Assembly: GCA_964636085.1 (NCBI GenBank)
Contig: CAZWPQ010000009.1
Location: forward strand, 1 to 43,376
Direction: 5' to 3'
Length of the DNA: 43,376 nt
From: an uncultured Nitrososphaerota archaeon
GTDB taxonomy: Archaea > Asgardarchaeota > Njordarchaeia > Njordarchaeales > Panguiarchaeaceae
The notes beneath the pieces were generated by a model that saw only the letters and a list, made by a program, of their open reading frames with translations, did no database searches and had not been told where the DNA came from. Numbering within the stretch: the stretch's first letter is position 1; each line of letters starts with the position of its first letter. Shown piece after piece: positions 9,654 to 18,741 of this stretch. A program made the position numbers and the translations under genes.

Positions 9654-12467
9654 TTAACCAAATACTTGAGACTTAATAAACCTTGCCTCCAATTCTTGCA
9701 GTGTTTCTAGAAGTACCCATTCATCATAACCATGCCTTAATATACTTAATGCTTGTTGTAGATTAACACCACTTGCAGCCACCACAATCTTTGTTAGTTT
9801 AGGATACTTCCTCAGCATCATACCTATCGAAAACAACACATCTATCCTATTTTTCTCGCTAGGTGTCAATTCCATTCCTCTCTTAAGTTTCTCTACAATA
9901 AATTCTGAAAAATCAAATGGTTTTGATACTGTTATTATTCTCGACCCACACTCAGGACATTTTGACCAGCCAGCATCAGCAACTCTCAGTATTTCTGAAT
10001 ACCCGCATTGAAGGCACAGCCATTTTATTCTTCTTCTAAGTAATCTCTCCTTATATTTTGCTAGTCTTGTACCTACATTCATCCCTAGTTCAGCCGTGTC
10101 GGCCAGAACAAAGTTTGGAATCGAGAGCGATGATAGACCTCGTCTTATCCATAATTCAATCCTGCCCGTCTTTATCTTCTCTATAACTTTCTTTAAGTTC
10201 TTTAGATCTGCTTTTGTGTTCAAAAATTCGTTTACGGCCTCCTCCATTAATATCGAATCCCTGAATTTTTCCATTAGAAACCTAATCTTCTCCCTCGAAA
10301 CGCTCTCCTCATCGATTAGGTTGAATCTTCTCGCTACATTTAGGAAATACCAAAATAACGACTTAGTGTCTTTTCTCACGGTATCCCTCACAAAGGCCTC
10401 AAGATCATCATGTCTTTCACCTAGGATCCTAAACGCTTTTATGACTGCATTTCTTATGTCCTCATCGGTTATATTCATTGAATACAGCTGTATTAATATT
10501 CTGTATGGGTCTGTCGCATACCCCACAACGGGAAGACTTGTATATTCTAGCAATACCCTAAATACGAGCATGCCGAGTATCCTATTTACTTCATCACCAA
10601 AACATGCATTCATAACAACAACGCTTGGACTTAGGGGTAGCTGCTCATATTCAACCAATATAACGTTTTCATCGGGGATAATCTTGCCCCCCTGAAGAAC
10701 TTTTTCAACGATCCTTATGTCCTTTGCATAAGCAAATGTCCTCAATTCTTCTATTTCACCAGCAAAAATTTTCTTCCTTAAGACAGCCACCTTTCTAGCC
10801 ACGATATACGAAACAGGCAATAACTCACCGACCCATGATGGAGGAGACGACACGTCCTTTATGGTCTTGACTACAACCTCCCTATCTAATTGATCAACCC
10901 TCAATACTTCTCTGCACTTTCCACCCAAAATAAATTTGTCCCCCACATTGAGTTCTAACACATATTTTTCATCCAGCTCGCCTAGAAGCTTCTTTGTGGC
11001 CACGTCAATGACCCTATACTTCGGGCTATGGGGAATCATAGATAAATTCCTAAAGTAAAGCCTTATTGATCCTCTCCTTAGGCCTAATCTGCCATCCATA
11101 ATTCTTACTCCCCGCGATTTTTTCTCCAAAAACCTACAGACCGCTAAGAATTCCTCCATGCTTAGATCTTTATATGGGTACGCCCTTCTGACGATCCTAT
11201 ATACTTCATCCAGGGCTGGATATTCGCCTTTATCAAATTTGTAATCTCTGACGATTCCGACCACTTGATGCGCCAGTACATCATAGCTCTTGTATATTAA
11301 ATTTACTGGTTCCACAATACCCTCTTTCGCCAATAACGCTATAGACAATGCCTCTAAGAAGTCATCAATGCTTATCGTTAGTATCGTACCCCTTGATGTC
11401 CTTTCTATAAAATGTCCTGATCTTCCTATGCGCTGAAGAGCTACCTCCACCCTGCGAGGAGAATTCACTTGAACTACATGCTCAATATTCCCTATATCTA
11501 TGCCCAGCTCTAGTGAGCTTGTAGCAACCGCTAGATCAATATCGTGCATCTTGAGGCCTTTCTCAACTTTGACTCTCAACTCTCTGGCTATTGATGAATG
11601 GTGTATACCGATTCTATGTCTCATTGTCCTTTTGAGGAAATTACCCAATGCCTCAGCCATGTCCCTTGTATTTGTAAATACAAGAACCTTTCCCCTCGCC
11701 TTAGACAGTATTGATTCAATGATCCTTCCAAGCCACCGAAAGTTTGGTCTTATAATAGCCATACCAAACGATTTCTCAATCTTGGGGGCCACATACCTTA
11801 CACGAATCTCATAATTTTTCGACTCACCTGTATGTATCACAATACCGCCTTTACCCCTAGTATAATATTTTAATACGTCTAAGGGATTCGATACGGTGGC
11901 GCTTAAGAGAATTAACTGAAAATCTCGCGATAATAGCCTTATTCTCTCCAATACCAATGATAGTTGAACCCCACGTTTACTATCCGATACTTCATGGATC
12001 TCATCAATAACAACATATCTAACATTGGCAAGAAACCGTCTTAACTTTGGTGCCCACAAGAGGATATTTAGTGTCTCGGGGGTTGTTACTAAAACTATGG
12101 GGGGTTTCTTAGTCTGTCTCCTACGTATGCTATCAGGAGTATCACTGTGTCTTATGTCAACACTTATACCAAGATCCGTCAGGATTCTCTTGAGCCTATA
12201 AAATATGTCCCTATTGAGCGACCTCAAGGGTGTCACGTAAATGAAAGTAAATGGGTTCAGCTCGCCCCTCTCCAGCATCTTTGATAATACTGGTAGTATC
12301 GCGGCCTCAGTTTTTCCTGCACCTGTCGGCGCTACTATTATGATATCTTCATCACTGGTCAGTATCTGAGGAATAGCCTTTTTCTGTGCAAGTGTAGGGT
12401 TTCTCAGCCCTAATTTATCCACCACACCCTTTATATCCTTGTGTAACATTGAGAAAATTTCCATCAT
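9654..12467 (-). CDS. lhr: Lhr-family SF2 helicase with C-terminal Cys4 zinc finger
   Basis: APTGAGKT, TTPET, DEIHE, SKRGVQL, SAT, HHSSI, ATSSLELGIDIG, QRIGRSGH, DVLAHQ, PSWVGE. C-terminal CLQC...CPEC. Confidence 0.93.
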   Translation of the reverse strand: MMEIFSMLHKDIKGVVDKLGLRNPTLAQKKAIPQILTSDEDIIIVAPTGAGKTEAAILPVLSKMLERGELNPFTFIYVTPLRSLNRDIFYRLKRILTDLGISVDIRHSDTPDSIRRRQTKKPPIVLVTTPETLNILLWAPKLRRFLANVRYVVIDEIHEVSDSKRGVQLSLVLERIRLLSRDFQLILLSATVSNPLDVLKYYTRGKGGIVIHTGESKNYEIRVRYVAPKIEKSFGMAIIRPNFRWLGRIIESILSKARGKVLVFTNTRDMAEALGNFLKRTMRHRIGIHHSSIARELRVKVEKGLKMHDIDLAVATSSLELGIDIGNIEHVVQVNSPRRVEVALQRIGRSGHFIERTSRGTILTISIDDFLEALSIALLAKEGIVEPVNLIYKSYDVLAHQVVGIVRDYKFDKGEYPALDEVYRIVRRAYPYKDLSMEEFLAVCRFLEKKSRGVRIMDGRLGLRRGSIRLYFRNLSMIPHSPKYRVIDVATKKLLGELDEKYVLELNVGDKFILGGKCREVLRVDQLDREVVVKTIKDVSSPPSWVGELLPVSYIVARKVAVLRKKIFAGEIEELRTFAYAKDIRIVEKVLQGGKIIPDENVILVEYEQLPLSPSVVVMNACFGDEVNRILGMLVFRVLLEYTSLPVVGYATDPYRILIQLYSMNITDEDIRNAVIKAFRILGERHDDLEAFVRDTVRKDTKSLFWYFLNVARRFNLIDEESVSREKIRFLMEKFRDSILMEEAVNEFLNTKADLKNLKKVIEKIKTGRIELWIRRGLSSLSIPNFVLADTAELGMNVGTRLAKYKERLLRRRIKWLCLQCGYSEILRVADAGWSKCPECGSRIITVSKPFDFSEFIVEKLKRGMELTPSEKNRIDVLFSIGMMLRKYPKLTKIVVAASGVNLQQALSILRHGYDEWVLLETLQELEARFIKSQVFG

Positions 12468-12498
12468 GTCCTCATCCTAGAGAAGGAAAACATACTAA

Positions 12499-12999
12499 TC
12501 AATCACTCACGGGTTCTACATCCTCAGGTTTTACCTCTATTAGTAACATAGCGCCACTCATTAGATCGAGAAACAGCTTATTTTTGGATACACTAACAAC
12601 TCTAGCTTTTCTATCCTTAAATGGCCCCCTTATTATCCTAACAATTTGCCCAATCTCGAACTTTATCTCTTCGACCTCCTCTATCCCTTCAGCCTTCTCA
12701 AGAGCCTTTTTTAGAGAATCAACCAGATTATAATATTCAGTAGGAGATAATGGGGTCTCAAAAGGCCTAGCATACCTAAAGTATGCCACCGCCTTAGCTA
12801 CAGACACGAAATCATTGGCTTCAACAAACACAAGATCAGGATGCTCCTCAAGAACCACTGCAGAGTATATAGGTAGCTTCAAAAGTTGCTTCCTCAACTG
12901 AATAAGATGAATAAGATCTATCCCCCTACCCTTAGGGACCTTAACCACAAAAATTTTAGGGATCTCTTCTTCAGACTCTTTTTCCTCCAGATTACCCAC
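12499..12999 (-). CDS. spt5: Transcription elongation factor Spt5 (NusG)
   Basis: NGN domain (LPIYSAVV...VFVEA) plus KOW domain (GQIVRIIRGPFKDRKARV). Lies directly after secE, as usual in archaea. Start uncertain (GTG 12999). Confidence 0.88.
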   Translation of the reverse strand: MGNLEEKESEEEIPKIFVVKVPKGRGIDLIHLIQLRKQLLKLPIYSAVVLEEHPDLVFVEANDFVSVAKAVAYFRYARPFETPLSPTEYYNLVDSLKKALEKAEGIEEVEEIKFEIGQIVRIIRGPFKDRKARVVSVSKNKLFLDLMSGAMLLIEVKPEDVEPVSD

Positions 13000-13189
13000 C
13001 CAAAACCCCAACAAACGATTGTATCAGCATCCTAATGACAAAACCAACAAGCCCCAATACAACAACCAGCAATCCGATAATTTTTAATAGTTGCCACACC
13101 TCCTTAGTAGTAGGCATCGTCGCCATTCTAGAAACCATCCTTGTCCTTCTAACAAAATCTTCGAACTTAGCACCAACACTCTCCCCCAT
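12992..13189 (-). CDS. secE: Protein translocase subunit SecE/Sec61-gamma
   Basis: RMVSRMATMPTTKEVWQLLKI followed by a single TM (GLVGFVI). Synteny with spt5. ATG 13189 with GGTG RBS. Confidence 0.85.
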   Translation of the reverse strand: MGESVGAKFEDFVRRTRMVSRMATMPTTKEVWQLLKIIGLLVVVLGLVGFVIRMLIQSFVGVLGG

Positions 13190-13458
13190 AATGATACACC
13201 ACAAAGACAAAATCCAAATCATTAGACTGATACTAAACATAACTACAATATTTTAAATACTTAAGTTAAAACACTTATTTTCTCATCCTTTTTTCTATGC
13301 TATATTGGTTCTAATAGTCATCAATTGATTTTTTCAATGGAGATTTACAGTAGATTTATATTGGTTAGAGGAATAATATCCCCTTCATCTCTACACCTTT
13401 TGGTGTTAGTTCTATGTTGTATTTGTCCACATACGGCAGACCCCCTAAGGCTGGTGGT

Positions 13459-13899
13459 TTACCAGAATTCAGGCTCACTGCTTTGGCGTGGTTTCATATC
13501 TTTTTTAAGTGTCCAGATGCCCTCAGCGGGGTCAAGAATTACTATCTCGAATGTAGATATGGCTCTGTCATTCAGAAGGACGGTATCGGCGTGTTCATCT
13601 ATTATTGCATCCCCCTTAATCGTTTTTCCCTCGCCTATGAGTTCTATATCAACGCAGTCTGGAATAAGATAGAGCTCAACTGGACCGCCTGCTGTGTCAT
13701 ATACCTCTATATGGGAATGTTCCTCCAGGACTTTGCGATTAATGCATAATTCACGTGCCAGTCGATATGGTAGTCTAACAATAGGTTTGCTTGGTGTACC
13801 TGGGTAAGGATGACCAAAACTACTATTGAGAATCGCGCTAGTCTCTATGCTTTTATCACAAAACCTAGATCGTAGTCTTATTCTTATCCAGACGACCAT
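13459..13899 (-). CDS. Archaeal clan-AA (retropepsin-like) aspartyl protease homologue
   Basis: WIRIRL..ETSAILNSSF..LPxxLAxEL..DTAGG..VLLNDRAI..ILDPAEGIW resembles the small archaeal aspartyl-protease-like family. The catalytic D[TS]G is replaced by NSS. Confidence 0.6.
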   Translation of the reverse strand: MVVWIRIRLRSRFCDKSIETSAILNSSFGHPYPGTPSKPIVRLPYRLARELCINRKVLEEHSHIEVYDTAGGPVELYLIPDCVDIELIGEGKTIKGDAIIDEHADTVLLNDRAISTFEIVILDPAEGIWTLKKDMKPRQSSEPEFW

Positions 13900-14115
13900 T
13901 AGATCGCACCATCGTCTTTGATTTTTTTGGTATCATATATCCAATCATCATTCTCTTTCGCTTTTTTTTAGGGGCCAATTTGAGGAGTTGACCAATCATT
14001 ATCCTTCTCATATCTTTCTCCTAATAGATAAAATACTTGTTAAGGAATAAAACTTTGCTTTAAAAAATTTGGGAACAGTATATTACCAAACAGTGGTAGA
14101 AGGAAGGGAGAAGAA

Positions 14116-14194
14116 TGGTAGCGGCGGGTGGATTTGAACCACCGACCTCCGGGTTATGAGCCCGGCGGGCTAGACCTAGCTACCCTACGCCGCT
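14116..14194 (-). tRNA. Initiator tRNA-Met (CAT), CCA encoded
   Basis: Reverse complement AGCGGCGTAGGGTAGCTAGGTCTAGCCCGCCGGGCTCATAACCCGGAGGTCGGTGGTTCAAATCCACCCGCCGCTACCA. It has A1-U72 and three consecutive G-C pairs in the anticodon stem. Confidence 0.96.
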
Positions 14195-14215
14195 TTCAGA
14201 GCCTTATGTTTTTCG

Positions 14216-14227
14216 TTTATATTTTTA
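14216..14227 (-). promoter_or_regulatory. Putative TATA box of tRNA-iMet
   Basis: TAAAAATATAAA on the minus strand, about 22-33 nt upstream of the mature 5' end. Confidence 0.5.
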
Positions 14228-14634
14228 TGATTGGTGATTTTTTCGTTTCTCTGTTATCTATTATATTGTTTTGGGGATTTTTAAAGTTTTGATTTATATT
14301 GTGTGATGATTTTTTCCATATGTCAATTTCTCAGTACCTTTTGCCGGTATTGGTTTTTATCTCCCCTTCGATTCTTATAGTTGTTCTTTAGAATGCTTAA
14401 GATAGATGACTTCACAAGAATCATAGCCTCTATATCACGAATAAAAACAGGAAGCAAAAACCGACATGTGGTTTTTGTGAGTTTTTCTTTTCTTTGGGTT
14501 TGGGGGTTCTTTTGTTGGGTCGTAGATTTTATTCTTATGCTTGGCTGATGTTATGGACTTTTTGATTTTTGTGGTGTGTATGCTTTAAATCGTTTCTTTT
14601 TATATTTATTGTTAACGGACATGGGTTGTGTGGT

Positions 14635-14946
14635 ATGAGTGAGAGGATTGATAAGATTGCTAGGATTCTTAAGATGTTTCTTGAGGAGATTAAGGATATA
14701 AGAAAAAGGATTGCAAATATTGAGAAGCGGCTGGATGCTCTTAAGGCACGGGTTGATACGCTAGAATCTTCATCTGGCATCGTGGAGGAGCCCTCTTCTG
14801 TGATAAAGAGATTATTTGATATTGATATGGAAACCGAATCTGAGAGAGAAGCAAGACAATCCTTAATTGAGCTCGTAACTCTGTATGATAGGTTTCTCGA
14901 AATGAAGAAGTTGGGGGAAGAAATTTTTGAGGAAACTGAGGCTTGA
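14635..14946 (+). CDS. Small coiled-coil hypothetical protein
   Basis: MSERIDKIARILKMFLEEIKDIRKRIANIEKRLDALKARVDTLE heptad pattern. Start moved to ATG 14635. Confidence 0.7.
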   Translation: MSERIDKIARILKMFLEEIKDIRKRIANIEKRLDALKARVDTLESSSGIVEEPSSVIKRLFDIDMETESEREARQSLIELVTLYDRFLEMKKLGEEIFEETEA

Positions 14947-14967
14947 ATTTGTTTACTTAGTGCACTA

Positions 14968-15042
14968 TGGGCCCGGCGGGATTTGAACCCGCGACGTTGG
15001 GCTCCGGAAGCCCACGTGATGTCCTGACTACACAACGGGCCC
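14968..15042 (-). tRNA. tRNA-Arg (CCG), CCA not encoded
   Basis: Reverse complement GGGCCCGTTGTGTAGTCAGGACATCACGTGGGCTTCCGGAGCCCAACGTCGCGGGTTCAAATCCCGCCGGGCCCA. Anticodon loop TTCCGGA; A20 present. Confidence 0.93.
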
Positions 15043-15061
15043 TTGGTTGTATGTTATTTTT

Positions 15062-15889
15062 TCAGATCCCAAGCAAGTTTATGACTTTTATTTTATCGCT
15101 AGTTAATTTTGCTATTTTTGCGTTTACTGTTTGGCCCACATAATTTATGGATGAGAATATGCTCAGTAGTCTTTTGTTGAAGTACCATTGTGCCCCATCA
15201 ATTAAGAATGTGTGGGCCCTTATTAGTCTTTTGAGACCAGCATCATTCATAAATTCCTCGAATGCTTTTTTTCCATATAAAAATACTCCTGGCCCTCTGA
15301 ATGATGGGGCGAAATATTCGATGGATTCATCTGGGTCGTTCCACAATATTTGGAGGAGAATGTCGCTCTCCACCTTCATGTCCCCCTTCTCTATTTTTCT
15401 TATATCACTCATTCTGTATCCTTTGGGTATACCGCCATGTACACATAGTATCTCGGAGTTCACAATGGATGCTACAGGCATTCTTGAAAATGTCTTATTA
15501 AACTCATTATAGAGATAAAGGGCATTTGTTTTGTATTTTAGCTGTAGCTCTGTTAGGAATCCATATTGCTCATTCGCTATTACTGTTTCGTGATTCCCAC
15601 GTAATAATAATATCCTTTCGGGGTCTTTTATTTTGAGCCTAAATAGCCCGATAATTGTCTCGACGCCATATTCTCCTCTATCTACATAGTCTCCAAGAAA
15701 TATAAACCTACTCTTCGTTTTCTCAATTAGCCTATATATTTTTGTAGCGGATGAAAGATCCGCATGGATATCACCTATGAAGAATATATCGCTGGAATCT
15801 ACCTCCACAACAATATTTTCCCCGTCAAAAATTCCCCTAGTAGTGTCTAATATCTCCAATATATCGTCGGGACGCAGTGGCTTATACAT
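15062..15889 (-). CDS. PPP-family serine/threonine protein phosphatase
   Basis: GDIHAD, GDYVDRG, LRGNHE, CVHGG, LWNDP, IRAH, SIFSSINY. Confidence 0.93.
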   Translation of the reverse strand: MYKPLRPDDILEILDTTRGIFDGENIVVEVDSSDIFFIGDIHADLSSATKIYRLIEKTKSRFIFLGDYVDRGEYGVETIIGLFRLKIKDPERILLLRGNHETVIANEQYGFLTELQLKYKTNALYLYNEFNKTFSRMPVASIVNSEILCVHGGIPKGYRMSDIRKIEKGDMKVESDILLQILWNDPDESIEYFAPSFRGPGVFLYGKKAFEEFMNDAGLKRLIRAHTFLIDGAQWYFNKRLLSIFSSINYVGQTVNAKIAKLTSDKIKVINLLGI

Positions 15890-15929
15890 TGGGAACTACC
15901 AACGAAAAATAATGTTATGTTGAATATGG

Positions 15930-16559
15930 CTATATTAGTTTTATGGTCTCTATTTTTCCCTCTTTATCAATAGCCTTTACATATGCGATCTCAGCATATC
16001 TGCCAACCAAAACATCTCTTCTGGCTACACTCTTTATCGTCCTTATGATTAGATCCCTAGCTTCTTCAAATGTTATGTCTTCTTTATATGATCTCTCGAG
16101 GAGTCCGTATGCTACCTCTGCTGATAGTCCAGACGCCGTATAGTTTTCCTCAATTATGGAGCCAAATGGGTCTAAGTCAAATAGTCTAGCTCTACCATCG
16201 ATATCTATTCCACCAATAATTCCAAATGCTATGTTTGGGAATAACTTATAGGAGAATAGTACGATACCCGTATACTTTGCTATTTCTTCTACGGATAAAT
16301 CTCTTTCCCTTTTCAGTTTTTCTCTCTGGAAGAACCAAGAAATTTCTCGAAACATATATTGTATGTCTGGAACGTGGCCAGAGAATGTCACTATTATTTT
16401 TCTACCAAATATACGTATTAGCGTTGCATTTTCGGATATGACTATTGGACCATACAAACTTCGCTTGGATGAGCCGATGATTACAAAGTCCTTGCCTTTT
16501 AATCCTACACTAAGAGAGGTTATCAGACCAGGAGATATTTCCGACAACATGCTCACCAT
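15930..16559 (-). CDS. psmB: 20S proteasome beta-type subunit, probably non-catalytic
   Basis: Ntn-fold motifs VGLKGKDFVII, FSGHVPDIQ, IIGGID, LDPFGS, YTASGLS, AYGLLE, RRD. Thr1/Asp17/Lys33 equivalents appear to be missing. Confidence 0.85.
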   Translation of the reverse strand: MVSMLSEISPGLITSLSVGLKGKDFVIIGSSKRSLYGPIVISENATLIRIFGRKIIVTFSGHVPDIQYMFREISWFFQREKLKRERDLSVEEIAKYTGIVLFSYKLFPNIAFGIIGGIDIDGRARLFDLDPFGSIIEENYTASGLSAEVAYGLLERSYKEDITFEEARDLIIRTIKSVARRDVLVGRYAEIAYVKAIDKEGKIETIKLI

Positions 16560-16588
16560 GAATATCAAATTAAAAACTAAAAGAAAAA

Positions 16589-17218
16589 CTATTCCTCTAC
16601 AGGGCGGGTCCCTGGCTTTACATTGATGCCCATTTCTTTTAAAAATAATACCACATCTTCCTTTTTTACCCTATGTCTCTCTGGAATTTTTGATTTACAG
16701 AGTCTTCTGCGAGAGACCCTATAGCCATTCCTTCTAAATGAGACACAAACATCGAATCCAATTATACCCAACTCAGGCACATATTCAACGCCTGGAATTT
16801 CGATATGCTCTTTCACACCAAAGGAAAAGTTTCCATATTTGTCCATTTGCTCCTCATATATTGTATAGTCAACCACTTTGAGGAGCCTTTTCAGCCATTG
16901 ATACGCTTCTTCGCCCCGGAGTGTTAGCTTCCAACCATGGTGCTTTCCCTTCCTAACACCCCATGCATGTATAGTTTTTCTTGCCCTAACCCTAGAGAAT
17001 GTTCTTCCAAAGACACTTTCCAATATCTTTCTTGCTTTTTCAAGTTTTGTGGCGTCAGATCCCGCCGAATAGTTTATAACGACCTTGTCTAATCTTGGGA
17101 TTAGATTCGGATTGGAGTATCTTTCCTTATATTTGCTTAGCAACGTTTGCTCTATATCCTTAAGCGAATGTGCAAGTGTGATCTTAGTTTTTTCTTTTTC
17201 CTCCGACATCTCACTCAC
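16589..17218 (-). CDS. rpl5: 50S ribosomal protein uL5
   Basis: IPRLDKVVIN, ARKTIHAWGVRKG, TLRGEEA, GNFSFGVKEHIEIPG, GIIGFDV. Confidence 0.95.
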   Translation of the reverse strand: MSEMSEEKEKTKITLAHSLKDIEQTLLSKYKERYSNPNLIPRLDKVVINYSAGSDATKLEKARKILESVFGRTFSRVRARKTIHAWGVRKGKHHGWKLTLRGEEAYQWLKRLLKVVDYTIYEEQMDKYGNFSFGVKEHIEIPGVEYVPELGIIGFDVCVSFRRNGYRVSRRRLCKSKIPERHRVKKEDVVLFLKEMGINVKPGTRPVEE

Positions 17219-17978
17219 CTATAGGGGGCAGGGATATGTCTGGCTTATCCTTCCCTATTACCAGGATGTAAGACAAACTTGTAGAAATGTATTCTCCTAG
17301 GGGATTCTTTATAGTTACTATACTGTATTTTCTCATCAGTTCTTTAGAAATCTTCACGATTTTTCCGTGCTCTCCAGCATGCGTCCCACCCATTATAATT
17401 CCATACATATCCTCCACCAGACTGTAGTGTTCTAATATATCTTGTGATGGGAGCGATATTCTCAGAGAGTCCCATGTCTTATATTTTCTAAGTATTTCCT
17501 TTCGTTCTTCGTCGTCCCTGACTTTGAATATTATGTTCCTGCCATCCTCTAATCCAAGCTGTATCCAGCCATTTTTTATGTATTTCTTCACCATTATTTT
17601 TACGATTTTATACTTTGCCTCTTCTGGTGTTATTTCATGGAACATAATCTTATTCTTGTAGGGTAGAGCCCTCCAGTACTTATCCAGTCTCTCTATATAT
17701 AGAACATCCATAAGCCCTATGGGGAATCTATAATCCATTATAACTCTTCCATCCACATAAACCAGTCTTTGGCTAACTATTCGTCTCGCTTCTCTTAGTG
17801 TTTTAGCATATCCTAAGATATCTCTCAAAACTATAGCTAATGGCACTGATCTAGTGCATGGATGAGGACCAGGGGAAGATTTAATCGTGTATTTTCCATG
17901 GGGCCTTTTTCGGGGTATTGGATATATTCTTGGGGCCGCCAGCCTTTTCTGATGCCTTGATCCCCCTAGCTTGGTCAT
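17211..17978 (-). CDS. rps4e: 30S ribosomal protein eS4
   Basis: RHQKRLAAP, SPGPHP, PLAIVLRD, VDGRV, FPIGLMDV, GGTHAG. Confidence 0.97.
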   Translation of the reverse strand: MTKLGGSRHQKRLAAPRIYPIPRKRPHGKYTIKSSPGPHPCTRSVPLAIVLRDILGYAKTLREARRIVSQRLVYVDGRVIMDYRFPIGLMDVLYIERLDKYWRALPYKNKIMFHEITPEEAKYKIVKIMVKKYIKNGWIQLGLEDGRNIIFKVRDDEERKEILRKYKTWDSLRISLPSQDILEHYSLVEDMYGIIMGGTHAGEHGKIVKISKELMRKYSIVTIKNPLGEYISTSLSYILVIGKDKPDISLPPIGE

Positions 17979-17979
17979 G

Positions 17980-18384
17980 TCATTCCCCCTCTAATTCCTC
18001 CATAATTTCAACCTTCCTTTTTCTATCCAAGATCTCTCTTCGCTTGGGATCGGATAGATCCAAATCAACAATAGCAACATTCCATGCATAGATCGGGTAG
18101 TGAATGATTGATCCTCCAGCCCTTTTTAGAGTCGCTCCTTCGACATAAACCTTGAACTTCTTTGGAATTACTTCCACCACCTTACCCATAACCCCCTTAA
18201 ATCTTCCTTTTCTTATGATAACAGTATCGCCCCGCCTTATTGACATTCTCTTAACACCATACTTTTCCACTGCCTCTTTTGTGAGAGGAGCCACCATTAC
18301 CTTATGTCTCCTATGATGCGGGAGATTATAGAGCCTCTTCCTTATTTTCCTCGGTTGGGACGATATTTTTGGACTAAACTTCAT
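17980..18384 (-). CDS. rpl24: 50S ribosomal protein uL24
   Basis: SSQPRKIRKRLYNLPHHRRHK, IRRGDTVIIRKGRFKG KOW motif. Start placed at ATG 18384. Confidence 0.95.
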   Translation of the reverse strand: MKFSPKISSQPRKIRKRLYNLPHHRRHKVMVAPLTKEAVEKYGVKRMSIRRGDTVIIRKGRFKGVMGKVVEVIPKKFKVYVEGATLKRAGGSIIHYPIYAWNVAIVDLDLSDPKRREILDRKRKVEIMEELEGE

Positions 18385-18450
18385 TCCGATCAACCAATAA
18401 TAACCCTTCAATACAGATTTATTTGGGTATATATTAAAACATCCTCAATT

Positions 18451-18741
18451 CTATTCCTCCTCAATTTCTAGCCAAGATATCGGTATTAGCTGGTATTCAC
18501 CCGTGGGGAGAAACCTTAATATTGTAATTGGTACTCTTCCCTTTTTAACGGCATACCTGGCGATGCTTATGGGGTCCGTCTTGCCGATGGACTCTATCTC
18601 TCTCTCAGACAGTAGAACGGGTGCACCATATGCTATCTGAACCGCAAGCATAGCCACTATAGCTGCGTATTCGTATCTTGTCAGTCTTGGGGGGCCAATT
18701 TCAACCTTATCGCTTTTTATTCTCTTGCCAAGTACCACCAT
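18451..18741 (-). CDS. rpoK: RNA polymerase subunit K (Rpo6), divergent
   Basis: GPPRLTRYE...QIAYGAPVL...DPISIA...VPITILRFLPTG. Confidence 0.88.
   Translation of the reverse strand: MVVLGKRIKSDKVEIGPPRLTRYEYAAIVAMLAVQIAYGAPVLLSEREIESIGKTDPISIARYAVKKGRVPITILRFLPTGEYQLIPISWLEIEEE

Noticed and set aside
14535-15035. 166-aa minus-strand ORF
   Set aside because: It starts inside tRNA-Arg(CCG) and is antisense to the coiled-coil gene.
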